Made by a program: the position numbers and the translations under genes
Notes under the pieces: generated by a model
What the model saw: only the letters and a program-made list of their open reading frames with translations
The model's database searches: none
What the model was told of the DNA's origin: nothing
Shown here: one piece after another, positions 1-12,951 of the stretch
Layout: each line of letters starts with the position of its first letter
How positions within the stretch are numbered: position 1 is the stretch's first letter
Origin: Octopus bimaculoides
Taxonomy: Eukaryota
Assembly: GCF_001194135.2 (NCBI RefSeq)
Contig: NC_069001.1
Location: forward strand, 34,991,709-35,055,708
DNA length: 64,000 nt
Direction: 5' to 3'

Positions 1-140
1 ATTATATTATATATTGTATATTCCATATTCTATACCCCACATTAGTTCTGCAGGAATATAAATAAAACATAAAAAACAGACAGTGTTGGAACTCTTTTAA
101 GCAAAATAATATATATATATATATACACATATATACATAC

Positions 141-197
<57 letters not shown>

Positions 198-211
198 CAT
201 ATGTATGTGTG

Positions 212-270
<59 letters not shown>

Positions 271-544
271 GTATATATGTATATATATATATAATGCTTC
301 TTTAGAATTGTAGTTCTTGAAGATAGAATGGAAACAAAATGATGAACAGCCTTAATTGATTTTCAAATTTTATGGGTTCTCATCAGAAGTGTTCACATCA
401 CCTGACCAATTCCAGAGAAACAAGTAAATGGTGTTATTCTCTTGTAGTCCAAGGAAGACGGTTGTGCAATATCTTGCTGAACAACCGGCAATAAATCAGC
501 TGTTGGTGGGGATTAAATGTTAGTGCCGAACATTAACTCATTCC

Positions 545-730
545 CTCCATCAGATCAACGTGGCCGGAACAGGTTCTCTATGTACCACATGTCAGGTGTT
601 GAAGCGATTGCAGAACAATGTGAGATGAAGTGTATTGCTCAAGAACACAATGTATCACTTGGTCCAGGAACTGAATCCATGATCTTGTGATTGTTAGCGC
701 AACACTTTAACCGCTGGGTCATGTACTCTC
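545..730 (-). mobile_element. Degenerate tRNA-derived SINE, informal family F
   Basis: Shares GTGAAAT..AGTGTCTTGCTCAAG.ACACAA and a tRNA-like head (read on the minus strand) with the copies at 7640 and 45755. Confidence 0.6.
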
Positions 731-1059
731 AGAGAAACATGTAGCTAATCTGTTTATGTCTGCAGCAAATCTGGTGACCTTGGAGAAATAGACAGATAAG
801 CATTCTGTAAACATTGATGATGTTAATAAAAGATATGAATGTCAGGTTTCCACACAAATTTCACAGGTACACATAGATATATACCACAGGATATGAAAAT
901 CTCTCTCTCTCTCTCTCTCCAGGTATCCATGTATCTCCTCTACAGCAAGATACCTGTTTTTATGTCTCTGTCACACTCTAACCTGTCATCATCTGACACA
1001 AGATCCCCTCCTTCATTTCCCCCTCCCCTCTCAAATGATTTTTGTCTTGCAAGTTACTC

Positions 1060-1462
1060 AGTGACCCTGCCAGTGCTTATACCATGTGGAAAGCATCCAG
1101 TCTAGACTGTAAAGTGGTTGCCCTTTGGAAGGACATCCAGTTGTAAAGACCTTGCCAAAACTGACCTCACCTGTACTTGGGCCATGTAAAAAGCACTCAA
1201 CCCACTTTGCGGAGTGGTTGGCATTCGGAAGGGCATCCAGCTGTAAAAGCCGTGCCAAAACTGACCTTGCCTGTGCTGGTTCCACGTAAAAAGCATTCAG
1301 TCCACTCTGCAGGGTGGTTAGTGTTAGGAAGGGAATCCAGTCATAAAAACCCTGCCAAAACAGACACAGAAATCTGATGCAGTCTTCTACCTGGCCAGCT
1401 CCTCTTAAATCGCCCAACCCATGCCAGCGTGAAAGGCAGACGTTAAATAATGATGATGATGA
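1060..1462 (+). mobile_element. RTE-tail element (family C) with a triplicated ~100-bp module
   Basis: Three GTGGTT..GGAAGG..ATCCAG..TAAA..CC.TGCCAAAAC units (about 1112, 1213, 1312), then the CCAACCCATGC..GACGTTAAA(T/C)GATGATGATG 3' tail shared with the RTE at 51638. Confidence 0.75.
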
Positions 1463-1516
1463 GTTCATCAGTCCCGAGTTATTCATCAACATGTGGCTGT
1501 CACAAAAGCGACTTAC

Positions 1517-1550
1517 TCATGGTGCCGTGGACAAAATTTGTTAAATGCAA
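1517..1550 (-). other. Candidate 34-nt exon (host gene unknown)
   Basis: Minus strand: CCTGAC branch-like motif, pyrimidine-rich GTCCCTGTTCCCATTATAG acceptor, exon ending GCACCATGA, perfect GTAAGT donor (1516-1511). No recognisable protein. Confidence 0.3.
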
Positions 1551-2609
1551 CTATAATGGGAACAGGGACGTCAGGTTGCGCATTAAAATATTAAAGATCT
1601 GATGTCCCAGCATGGCCAGTACCACACTGGTTTGAACCAAATGTGATTTCCGTGCAATGCAGTTTTTAGTACTTTTCCATTACAACACACAAACAAAAAT
1701 TAATATAAATAGTGTTATGTGTTTATATATTTGAGTGGGTGTACATATATATGTTTGTTGCCTGTAAGTATATATATATATGTATATAATATATTTATAT
1801 ATCTATCTATCTATATGTATATATATATATATATATAAGTGCTTTCATTAATATATATGATCACATGTAGGTGTATATATCCTTATAAAATCTGTGTAGA
1901 TGTATATAAGCAAGTGTGAAGTTCTCTCGTTTCTTTTATACAAGCATATGTTAATGCATATACAGACATACATATATACACACACACACATATATATATA
2001 GAAATGTATGTATGTATATATATATATGTATAAATGTGTATATATATATGTATAAATGTATATATATATAAATGTGTATGTATAAATGTATGTAAATATA
2101 TATATGTAAATGTGCGTAACTTTATACATGTGTATATGCATATGTGTTTATGTATATACTGTTGTATGTTTATATTCATATATGCACACACATGAACCTA
2201 GCAATGAAGCATGTAGCTCAACAGTGGATTCATTTATTAGTTTAGTTGTCCATATAAATAGAGACCAACATAATACAAAACTATTAAACTGACTTCAAAG
2301 AAATCGGATACATATTTAAAGCCATATGTACACATAGATGCTTGTTTATCTGCACACCCACACACACAAACATTCATGCATTCACACGGAGCTCCATCTA
2401 TGGAAATACATAGCAACTGTTGCACTTCTCTATAGTATGTACATAGATGACAGTTTGTGGTAACATGTGTATATATTATCATAATAATATATGTAGGTAT
2501 ATATAATATATAATGTTTCCTGTGTATACTAACCACTCACACGTATGTTGATACACACATACATAGAAATAGAATGTTAGCTTGTGTATTACTCTCTTTC
2601 TCTCTCTAT

Positions 2610-3650
2610 GTTCCTATCCATCCAGTAGTCTGTCTGTCTGTCTACCTGTCTGCCTGTCTATCTATCTATCTATCTGTCTGTCTGTCTATCTATCTATCTC
2701 TGTCTATCCACCCATATGTCTAGCTATCTGCCTGTCTGTCCGTCCATCTGGCCATCCATCCATCTCTCTGTTTACCTCTCTCTGTATGTCTCTCTTTCTC
2801 TCTCCCTCTCACTGTTTATGTCCATCCATCCATCTATCTATCTATCTATTTTGTCTATCCATCCATCCATCTATCTCTGTTCATCCATCCATCTGTCCAT
2901 CAGTCCATCTATCCATCAGTCTGTCCATCTGTTTGTCTGTCTGTCTATCTATCTGTCTACCTCTGTCTGACTTGTGTCAAGTCCAACAGGAAACGGTGTT
3001 TCCTAGGGCTAAATAACAGTAGCATTCTTCCCATTTATGGAACTGTCACATTAAGTTGACAACATTCTATCACTTTATGACTCTCTCTTTCTCTCTCTCT
3101 ATCTCTCTCTCTCTATTCATCCATCTGTCTGTCCGTCCATCCATCTGTCCATCCGTCTGTTTCTCTGTCTGTCTGTCTATCCATCTGTATACCTCTATCT
3201 ATCTGTATCTCTCTCTCTCTCTGTTTATCCACCTGTCTGTCCGTCCGTCCGTCCGTCCATCCATCCATCCAGCCATCCATCCATCTTCGTCTATCCATTC
3301 ATCCATCTATCTATATCTATTCATCCATCCATCTGTCTGTCCGTCCATCCATTCATCTGTTCCTCTGTCTGTTTATCTGTCTGTTTATCTGTCTGTCTAT
3401 CTGTCTACCTCTGTCTGTCTGTCTACCTCTGTCTGTCTGTCTACCTCTGTCTGTCTGTATCTCTCTCTCTGTTTATCCACCTGTCTGTCCATCCATCCAT
3501 CCATCCACCCTTCATTCTACTTATCTTTGTCTATCCACCCATCCGTCTATTTATCTACTATATCTGTCCATCCATCTGTCCGTTCATCAATCTATCAACC
3601 TACCTACATGTACGTATATGTGTGTGTGTGTGTGTGTGTATACATATATA
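2610..3650. repeat. Compound (TCTA/TCCA/TCTG)n microsatellite field
   Basis: Direct reading; explains the low-complexity ORFs at 2582-3676. Confidence 0.95.
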
Positions 3651-3794
3651 ATATGCATGTATGCTTTTGTACATAATGTTCTATAAAACTTGAGAAAATT
3701 ACAATTCATGACAAAGTACTCAATAACACAGAAGAGCAGAGATATTTGTTCATTCCTACGACAGCACTTATGCTTCATTCAAATTTCAGAAATC

Positions 3795-4045
3795 ATCTGA
3801 GTGTGTCCGTGTCCCACCATCACTTGACAGTCGGTGTTGGTTTGCTTATGCCCCTGTAACTTAGCAGTTTAGTAAAAGTAAGCGCTAGAATAAATACCAG
3901 GCTTTATGAAAAAAAAAAAGAAGTGAGATAAGAAAATGGTAAGCACAGGAGGTCGATTTGTCTGATCAAACCCTTACAAGTGGTGCACCAACATGACCCC
4001 CACCCCCCCACACCGCAATCCAATAACTGAAATAAGTAAAAGATA
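3795..4045 (+). mobile_element. SINE family B, 3' half
   Basis: CCCCTGTAACTTAGCAGTT..GGTCGATTTG..AAACCC..TGACTGAAA tail as in the full copies. Confidence 0.7.
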
Positions 4046-4159
4046 AGAGACAATTTATCTGCTTCTCTAAGTATTTTGTCATCCAGTACTCTTCCTGAAG
4101 GGGACAAACATTTCATCCCCGATCCTTCTTTTGCTTGATAAATACAAATTACATAAAAT

Positions 4160-4505
4160 CTTCTGCCCAGCGTCGCCTTCCTGGCACTTGTGCCGGTGGC
4201 ACGTGTAGAGACATTCGAGCGAGATCGTTGCCAGTGCCGCTGGACTGGCTCCTGTGCAGGTGGCACGTAAAATACACCATTTTGAGCGTGGACGTTGCCA
4301 GTACCGCCTGACTGACCTTCGTGCCAGTGGCATGTAAAAGCACCCACTACACTCTCGGAGTGGTTGGCATTAGGAAGGGCATCCAGCTGTAGAAACATTG
4401 CCAAATCAGATTGAAGCCTGGTGTAGCCATCTAGTTCACCAGTCCTCAGTCAAATCGTCTAACCCATGCTAGCATGGAAAGTGGACGTTAAACGATGATG
4501 ATGAT
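4160..4505 (+). mobile_element. RTE-tail element (family C)
   Basis: GCCGGTGGCACGT repeats, then ACTCTCGGAGTGGTTGGCATTAGGAAGGGCATCCAGCTGTAGAAAC...GGACGTTAAACGATGATGATGAT; near-identical to the RTE 3' end at 51638-51839. Confidence 0.85.
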
Positions 4506-5059
4506 TCTAGTAAAATAAACATTTAATTAAAGCTCGTTTGAGTTATAATTACCTTAGTAGTGAAATTCAGATAATTTCTGTACAAGCCTCTGTTTCCTTG
4601 TTACTAAACACGTTTCTCCGTTTCCTGCCTTAGTTCTCTGTCAAAATCCAAATCCCGCTTCAACTAAATGCTCTTATTCTGCTAAGCTTTTAATTCTCCA
4701 AATTCCTCGTAAAATTCATTACAGTTTTTCAATATATTTTCAATCATTCAATACGCACACAATTCCTACAGATTCTGCAAAAGCCAGCTTCCTAATCCTG
4801 GTTTTCAATTTACCTGTCAGATTACAGAATTTAGTACTTTCCAAAAACAAAAACAAAAAACAAAGAAACAAAAAACTGAAAGAAAAAAAACAAAATAGAA
4901 ACAAGGATAAAATGTTTTTTGAGTTAATAAAATGTAGAGTAAAAATTTAATTATAGAAGTTGTTGCTTTCTTTTCCTTTTTTCCCCCTCCTCAGCAATAA
5001 CGAGCTGGACTCAAAATAAGTTATTTATGTTATGTTAGATTTTAAAACACTCAGTGAGG

Positions 5060-5215
5060 TTCATAAGCTTGCTTTCCAGCCATTCCCACTGTGCTGTACC
5101 TTGGGCAAGTGTCTCCAACCACAGCCATGGGCTGACCAATGCTTTGTGAATGAACTCGGTGGATGAGAACTTTGAGGAAACACGTTGTGTGCATGTATGT
5201 GTGTATGTAACTATG
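5060..5215 (+). mobile_element. Degenerate SINE family B, 5' part
   Basis: TACCTTGGGCAAGTGTCT core-like motif. Confidence 0.6.
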
Positions 5216-5224
5216 CACATGCTG

Positions 5225-5400
5225 TTGAAGATCTTTTCCCTGTCTTTGGACTTTTCCCTTTTTCTTTTCTGATGAAGAGCTATGCTTGAAATGTCAAAAA
5301 TTCTCTCCTTGTACTGAGCACCAAACTAATACATTCCTTGTGCATGTCCTCCTGTTGTTTGTTATTGTTAATCTTATTGTTTGTTTATTTGATTTGACTA
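5225..5400 (+). mobile_element. Hammerhead-motif repeat family 1 (putative Penelope-like terminal repeat fragment)
   Basis: CTGATGA-A-GAGC-tat-GCTT-GAAA-TG-TC at 5269-5295; flanks homologous to 21412-21600 and 62130-62330. Confidence 0.6.
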
Positions 5401-5453
5401 TATATATACATACATACATACATATATATACATATACACATATACACATATAC

Positions 5454-5507
<54 letters not shown>

Positions 5508-6069
5508 GAGGTAGGTTGGTTTATGGGGTTACACTGGGTCTCTCACTCATAAGGAGTTTAGCCTTACGCCATACCTTCAGACCCCAAACACTGCTGGCCC
5601 GAGACCTAGATATATGGGGAAGCCTTCCCCCCACCATAACTCAGCAGTTCAGCAAAAGAGCCCAATAGAATGAGTACAGACGTCAAATAAAAAAAAAGGA
5701 AGAACTAAGTACTGGGTATCAATTTATTCAGCTAAACCTTTCAAAGCAGTGCCCCAGCATGGCCCAGTCCAAAGCCTTAAACAAGTAAAAGACACATTTT
5801 CAAGCCTAGAATTGTTGTGGATTGAAGTCTTAGCAAACACAAGATGGTAGTTCAGAACTAATACTTCACCTATTTTACCAATAAATTGGCAGCTAGTAAT
5901 ATTGCTTTTTTCTTTCTTCCTTTTCTTTTCACAAGATCACTTATCATCCTTCGTTACCCATAATTAATTTCCTAATTACATGTGTTGTATGTATGTCACA
6001 TTTTATATCCACTATTTAATTATATGTTTTGCTTGGCTTATGATTCTTAATGTCTACTTTTATGCTCTT

Positions 6070-6099
6070 TCTGTCTCCCTATCTATCTATCTATACCTG

Positions 6100-6169
<70 letters not shown>

Positions 6170-6205
6170 ATCTCTGTCTATCTATCTATCTATCTATCAT
6201 CTCTG

Positions 6206-6281
<76 letters not shown>

Positions 6282-6350
6282 CCTACCTACCTACCTACCT
6301 ATCTATCTACCTGCCTATCAATCTCTGTGTTTATCTATCTATCGATATCT
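6070..6350. repeat. (TATC)n microsatellite
   Basis: Direct reading. Confidence 0.97.
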
Positions 6351-6583
6351 GTCTTTCTTCACAGTTCAGAATAAAATGCCTTATTTTTTTCTTGTTTCTT
6401 TTTGTTTTTCACACCTAATTTGTTTATCTCATGTTTGTTTGTTCTTTACATTAATTAATTTATTTAGTTATCCACTTAATGATTTACTTTTGCCTACTTC
6501 AAAAGAATTTCTTAATTCAGACACGAAAGCCTTTTCCTTCGTCTTCTTATTCATTCAATTATTTGTTTGTTTACTGATTACTG

Positions 6584-6640
<57 letters not shown>

Positions 6641-6980
6641 TGCAACAAATTAAAGCATGTTCCAAGAGGTATTGGTGAATGAGTGGAACTGTTTGTTCAG
6701 GATGGACCCAAACAACTAGCAAAGACCAACAATCTAACTTCTTCCCCTTCCTCCTCTTCCAGTCCTTCCCCCTCCTCCTCCTCTTCCTTCACCTTCTCAC
6801 TTGTTTCAACTAAAATTAATCATTAATCTCCACAAACCTCTGTAAATTATTTTCTTTTAATCATTCTATTTTACAAATCAGCCAAGGATTTTGGGTGGGT
6901 GAGGGGTGCCTTTTGGTGGGTGGGGTGCCTTTTTTTCAGTGCCACTTGGACATGAGCTTTGATGAAATAAAAACCTCCTC

Positions 6981-7011
<31 letters not shown>

Positions 7012-7109
7012 CTTCTTTTTTTTTCTTCTTCTTCTCATCATTACCATTGTTATTATTTATTATCATTAGTAATGAAAATAACATCAACAGCAACACCATT
7101 AATATTAAT

Positions 7110-7160
<51 letters not shown>

Positions 7161-7504
7161 GCATACCACCACTGTCACCTTCACTACTACATTAACCAGC
7201 AACAACAACAACAACAGCGGTGGTTGTGGTTATTAAAACATTTTGACATCTTTTTACCTAAATAGATGTGACATCAAAAGTTACTCCTGACATGTTCCCC
7301 CCCCCCGCAACCAGCACCACCACTGTGACCATCCCCACTGTTCACCTATTTCCTTTAAATAGGTCAAGCGATACTGTAACCTCTCCCACTGTTTCACCCC
7401 CCCTCCTCCCCTCCAAAATGATCCCTTCCTCTCTTGCCTTTTTGCTGTAATAAATAACCCACCTTCTTCTGAACAAATTTCTTGCAGCTAATTTGATAAG
7501 GTGT

Positions 7505-7600
7505 TTAAGGCGATGAGCTGGATAAAATGCTTAGCAGTATTTCGTCAGCAGTTACGTTCTGAGTTCAAATTCCACCGAGGTCACCTTCTCGAGTCATACT
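7505..7600 (+). mobile_element. SINE family A, truncated head
   Basis: AGGCGATGAGCTGG..AAATGCTTAGC..GAGTTCAAATTCC (B-box-like). Confidence 0.65.
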
Positions 7601-7639
7601 GATTCATAAGGTCTGGTTTCCTGGTTTCCATGGCGAACA

Positions 7640-7825
7640 AATTCCCCACTTGGATGGGATGCTGGTCCATCACACAGTTACTCCTTTTTGTCAGCTGAAT
7701 GGACTGAAGCAACGTGAAATGTAGTGTCTTGCTCAAGAACACAATGCGTCACCTGGTCCAGTAATCGAAACCACAATCTCATGATCATGAGTCCAATACC
7801 CTAATCACTAAGCCATGTGCCTCCA
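7640..7825 (-). mobile_element. SINE family F
   Basis: tRNA-like head on the minus strand (TGGCTTAGTGATTAGGG ... GGTTTCGATT) plus TTGAGCAAGACACT. Confidence 0.7.
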
Positions 7826-9286
7826 CAGAGAGACTGAACCTAGAGCCATGTAGTTGGGAAGCAAACTTACCACAAAGCCATGCAGAAATTTGGAACGAAT
7901 GCAGCTACACATTCTGTCAAGAAAATGCTCCGACAGTTCTGTCAACAGGTCGTTGGCTTCGTGCAGGCCTCTATAGACAGGTGCAGGCATGGCTGTATGG
8001 TTAAGTTTTCTTGTCAAACACAGGCTTTGAGTCCAGTCTCACTGTGTGGTACATAACAGATGTGTGATCCTGGCTTGGAAAAGAATAGAACAATCCTTGG
8101 TTCCTCTCTGTTTATGGCACTTTAGTTGATCAAATGAAGGATCAATTAAATATGCATATTGCTATGTGTATCAAATGGGTCAGACCAGTCTATTTGAAAT
8201 GTGTGTAAGCTAATTAAATCATTGATAATGCACCACCAGTCTTTATATTTTCCCTAATATACTCTTCGGTTAATACACTGAATTTAATTGGTGCTCAGCC
8301 TTCAGATTTACAAATTGAATTTCTTACAGGAAACGAATAACAATGCATATAAATAAACATCAGTTGAGTACTGAGATCGAGGAAAATCCCCAAATTTCAG
8401 GCCTTGTGATTATAGCAGAAAGAAGAATTATTATTATTATTATTATTATTATTACTCTTAGTGTCTCTACCATTTCCTAATAATATCTTACTGTTTACAT
8501 CATATTTCAGCCCAGTTACTATCACTATTATAATTGCTAGGACTATTACTATCACTGTTTTTATAATATCCTTTGTTACTCCACCCCAGAGGAAATGAGT
8601 AAGCCATGCTACCACACATTTAATAATCTTCTCTGAAGAGATGAACGTTGCCACAACTGGTCATGTTGTAAGAACACAATACAATGAACAAGTGTGTGTG
8701 TGAAGGTCAACTATATTATTGCAATGTGCATTCGTGTCTATTGATGCAATTTATTCATTCAACACACACAAGCACAGTCATATATGCACATAGTGTAAAT
8801 ATATATATTGATACATATATATACATACATATATATATATATAAATACAGACATATATATATGTATGTATGTATATATTCAAAAGTAAATAAGCTACGCA
8901 GGAGTGTTTGATATGGCTATGTACGTGAGAAAGACTCTCTATGTGTGTGTGTATCTGTGTGTGTATGGATGTATATGAAAATGTAATTTATGTATGCGTG
9001 TGTATGTGTACGCATGAGCATTGATTTCTTCTTTCTCATTAATAAATCCTGTTTGGTTTCTCTTTCTAATTCATGCCTTTGATCTATCTATTAATCTCAA
9101 ATACAATTTATCTAAAACAGGCGCAATATATGTATACTCGTGTCTAGTTAAGCAAGTATGTATGTATGTATGTATTTGTATGCTTAATGTCTGTTTAGAC
9201 ATTGGTGTATGTAAGCACACACACACACATATATGTAGGTGTTTGCATTATGTAAGTAACATAAGTACATAGATGTATGTATGTAA

Positions 9287-9334
<48 letters not shown>

Positions 9335-9542
9335 GGAAATTGAAACTGATTGAGAGAGAGAGAGGTGTCTGCATATATGTAAATACAATTTTTTGTATGT
9401 TAGTAGATTTATATTTATGTGTTTATATGTGTGTAGGTTTGTGTGTGTGTATATATATACATGTGTGTATATATATACATGTGTGTATATATATACATGT
9501 ATGTATATGTATATAGATAGATGTATATATATATATATAAGC

Positions 9543-9595
<53 letters not shown>

Positions 9596-9651
9596 CATAT
9601 ACAGATACATTAATATACATACAAATAAACATACATGCATGTATACATGTA

Positions 9652-9692
<41 letters not shown>

Positions 9693-10587
9693 TCACACAT
9701 GCACACGCACACATATTTGTATATGCATGTATACATACAATGTGTGTGTATGTGAATCCATGTGTGTGTACATGCATATGTTTGCGTCTACATGTATGTG
9801 TAGGTCAGTTACATACATTGGGATGTTGCATCCATGTGACCAATGACGCAGGTTATTTATTCAACACACACAGAAATTTAACATAGCACCAAATATATAT
9901 AAAAAACACTAATTCGGAAATGGGGAAGAGAAATGAATGGCGACAAAATAAATAACTAACCAAATAAACAAACAAACAAACAAACAAGACAAGATACAAA
10001 ATACATTGCATGATGGGTAAACAATCCCAACATGCAACGTAAGCAATGGAAATTGTTGATGTTACGATAAAATGGATTCAACTGAAGGAAATAACAAGAC
10101 AATGGCGTGTAAAACAAGGAAGATACTTGGATGAGATAGTTTCTATGAAATGGGATATGTTTTCCTTGCATAATATTACCAAATTTCCTTTTATTTATTT
10201 ACAATATATAGAAACAAATATATAAACGCTTGTAGAATACATACACACAATACATAAAGGTTTGATGATGCAAACAAGGAAATTGAATTCAAAACAGTAT
10301 ATATATATATATATTTTTATATTTTTATATATGTACACGCACGTATGTGAATTGCTAGATTGTGAGTTCAATTCCCAGCTAGCACCTTGTGTTCTTGAGC
10401 AAGACACTTCATTTCATGTTGCTCCAGTCCCCCTTCGATCAGTGTGGAGTGTTGGCCTGTTCACCGAGCCAGCAAGGTGGCATCATTCAAAGGCTAAAAT
10501 AATGCAAACATTCATTGATAGTCTGGTCATTCATGCTCACGTGATACCCACATATATATACATACATACATACATATATATATATAT

Positions 10588-10778
10588 TTTGCTTGTTTCA
10601 GTCATTTGACTGTGGCCATGCTGGAGCACCGCCTTTAGTCGAACAAATCAATCCCAGGATTTATTCTTTGTGAGCCTGGTACTTATCCTATCAGCTCTTT
10701 TGCTGAACTGCTAAGTTATGGGGACATAAACACACCAGCATCAGACATCAAGTGATGGTGGCAGGGGATAAACAGAAA

Positions 10779-10821
<43 letters not shown>

Positions 10822-10985
10822 GACGGGCTTCTTTCAGTTTCCGTCTACCAAATCCACTCACAAGGCTTTGGTCGGTCCGTGGCTATAGTAGAAGACACTT
10901 TCCCAAGGTGCTATTCAGTGGGACTGAACCCAGAACCATGTAGTTGGTAAGCAAGCTATTTACCAAACAGCCATGCCAGTGCCTA
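10588..10985 (-). mobile_element. SINE family B, full length, internal (CA)n tract
   Basis: Minus strand: A-box-like TGGCTGTTTGGTAA, B-box-like GGTTCAGTCCC, CACCTTGGGAAAGTGTCTTCTAC core, (GT)n, 3' GCTCCAGCATGGCCACAGTCAAATGACTGAAACAAG. Confidence 0.9.
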
Positions 10986-11626
10986 TAAAAGTCAACCTCA
11001 GCGGAATCTGAACTTAGGACATAACGGTAGATGAAATACCAATAGGCATTTCACCGACGTTCTAATGGTTCTGCCATCTCCTCGCCCTGTCCAGACACAT
11101 TTTAATGTTTTCTATGTGTATATGTATGTTTTGTTTGTAATCATCCATGTCTATCAACAACAACAATAATATTATTAAACTTTAGAAAGTTGGATATTAA
11201 ACTTGCTTTATTTCAACATTTCAGAAGTTTCTCTTTCAAATTCCTTTTGTTTTAATTGAAAGTTTTATCTCATTTATTCCCCAACTGTTTTTTTTTCAAA
11301 CTTTCCCCCCTTTCACACCATTACAAAGTCACCAACCAACCATTCGACTGACCGACCTACCAGCTTCCATTAGAACATAAATAAGTAAATAAATAAATAA
11401 TTTTGTTGACCTTTGATGGGTTGGTTCTAGATATTTATTTAATATCCTCTTGATGTCTCACAAAGACATTTGAAATATTTCATTAAATTTCCTTCACAAT
11501 ATTGAAATATAAACATCTTCCTTCTCTACTTTATTTCCTTTTTGGATTTGGCTTTGCAAGAATCTTGATGTGAAATCGTGTGCTGAAGCTGATTTTGTTG
11601 TATCTTGGTGGGGTCATTATGCCAAT

Positions 11627-11660
<34 letters not shown>

Positions 11661-11794
11661 GTTCTATTTCACTTCACTACTACGACTAATAGCAATAATG
11701 ATAATACCCCCAACACCACCGCCTCACCACTACTACTACTACCTTTACCACCACCACCACCACTGTGAATCAGTGAGTTGGTGTTTGTCTTCAT

Positions 11795-11945
11795 ATTCTG
11801 AGTTCAAATTCTGCCAAGGTCAACTTTGCCTTTGATCATTTCGGAGTCGATGCAATAAGTACCAGTTACGCACTGGGTTCCATGTAATCAACCATCCCTC
11901 CCCCAAATTTTCAGGTCTTGTGCCTATAATAGAAAGGATTATTAC
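11795..11945 (+). mobile_element. SINE family A, 5'-truncated
   Basis: GAGTTCAAATTCTGCC..GTCGAT..AAGTACCAG..CCCCAAATTTTCAGG..AGAAAGG(ATT)n. Confidence 0.8.
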
Positions 11946-11972
11946 TGTTATTATTATTATTATTATTATTCT

Positions 11973-12200
11973 TAAGGCAGTGAGCTGGCGTAATCGTTAG
12001 CACACTGGACGAAATGCTTTAGTGTTGTTGCTGCATTCTGAGTTCAAATTCCACCAAGGTTAACTTTGTTTTTCATCCTTTTGGGGGTTGATAAATTAAG
12101 TACCAGTGACACACTGGGGTCGATGCAATTGATTAGTCCCCTCCCCCAAAATTCCAGGCTTTGTGTCTTTTGTAGAAAAGATTATTATTATTATTATTAC
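11973..12200 (+). mobile_element. SINE family A, full length
   Basis: A-box TGGCGTAATCGTTAGC, B-box GAGTTCAAATTCC, central TTTCATCCTTTTGGGGGTTGATAAATTAAGTACCAG, (ATT)n tail. Confidence 0.88.
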
Positions 12201-12908
12201 TACTATCATTGGGCATGTCATTGAGATCTCCTGACTTAAACAGCTTTTTTACTTTCTCAGTTTTTAGATGCTTCAGGATTGAGTAGCTTCGAGTACAAAC
12301 ACAGGCAAATGGTTGCACAACCCCTGGTTTACTCAATTCCGTGCTACTAAAACCTACTTAACAATCAATGTAATCTTCAAGCCGTGGGCACACAGTTTGT
12401 CCAAACCACACCCCCAGACCCTAAGTATCACAGCAAGGATTTCCTTGACAAGGGAATATCTTCTACTATTGCCCACACTACAGTTGATCTGTTTGAAAGT
12501 ACATCTGTACTCTTCCATCAAATGATATAGCCAGTTATAAATCATTGTTGCGTGATATTTTTTCAATACAAATCACATGATATCGACATCCATAAAAACA
12601 TCAATTTTCTATTTATTTATTTATTTTTTTTTTTATTATTGAAGTGCTCCAAAAATTGATAAATAGATCTCTTTCTCATTCTTCACTGTTGACCCTGGCT
12701 TTCAGAGGAATTACCAATACCTATCAAGAACATTACCCTGTAATAATAATTCTCACCAAGCCTTGGTAGTCCTTACATTATTGTTGACAGCTCCGTAACA
12801 AAAGACTGTAAGGGTGTATGTGAACTTATCCGATCAATACTGCTGACACTTTGGAATCGGACTCAATTCAATGACTTCTGAAAGGTAAATTTGTCTCCAG
12901 ATATTAAT

Positions 12909-12940
<32 letters not shown>

Positions 12941-12951
12941 CATCATTGTTA

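Noticed and set aside
345-392. Minus-strand CUGAUGA-GAACCC..UUU-GAAA hammerhead-like string
   Set aside because: Helix II and helix I barely pair; at best a dead remnant.
420-520. Minus-strand peptide CRLFSKILHNRL resembling a LINE RT motif
   Set aside because: Similarity does not extend on either side.
900-930. (CT)n-CCAG|GTATCC looks like a ratchet point
   Set aside because: The pyrimidine tract is a microsatellite and the regenerated donor is poor.
12210-12900. Unique segment with protein-like frames (e.g. LQAVGTQFVQTTPPDPKYHSKDFLDKG; SILKHLKTEKVKK)
   Set aside because: Stops in every frame, no consistent acceptor-donor pair, no recognisable domain.
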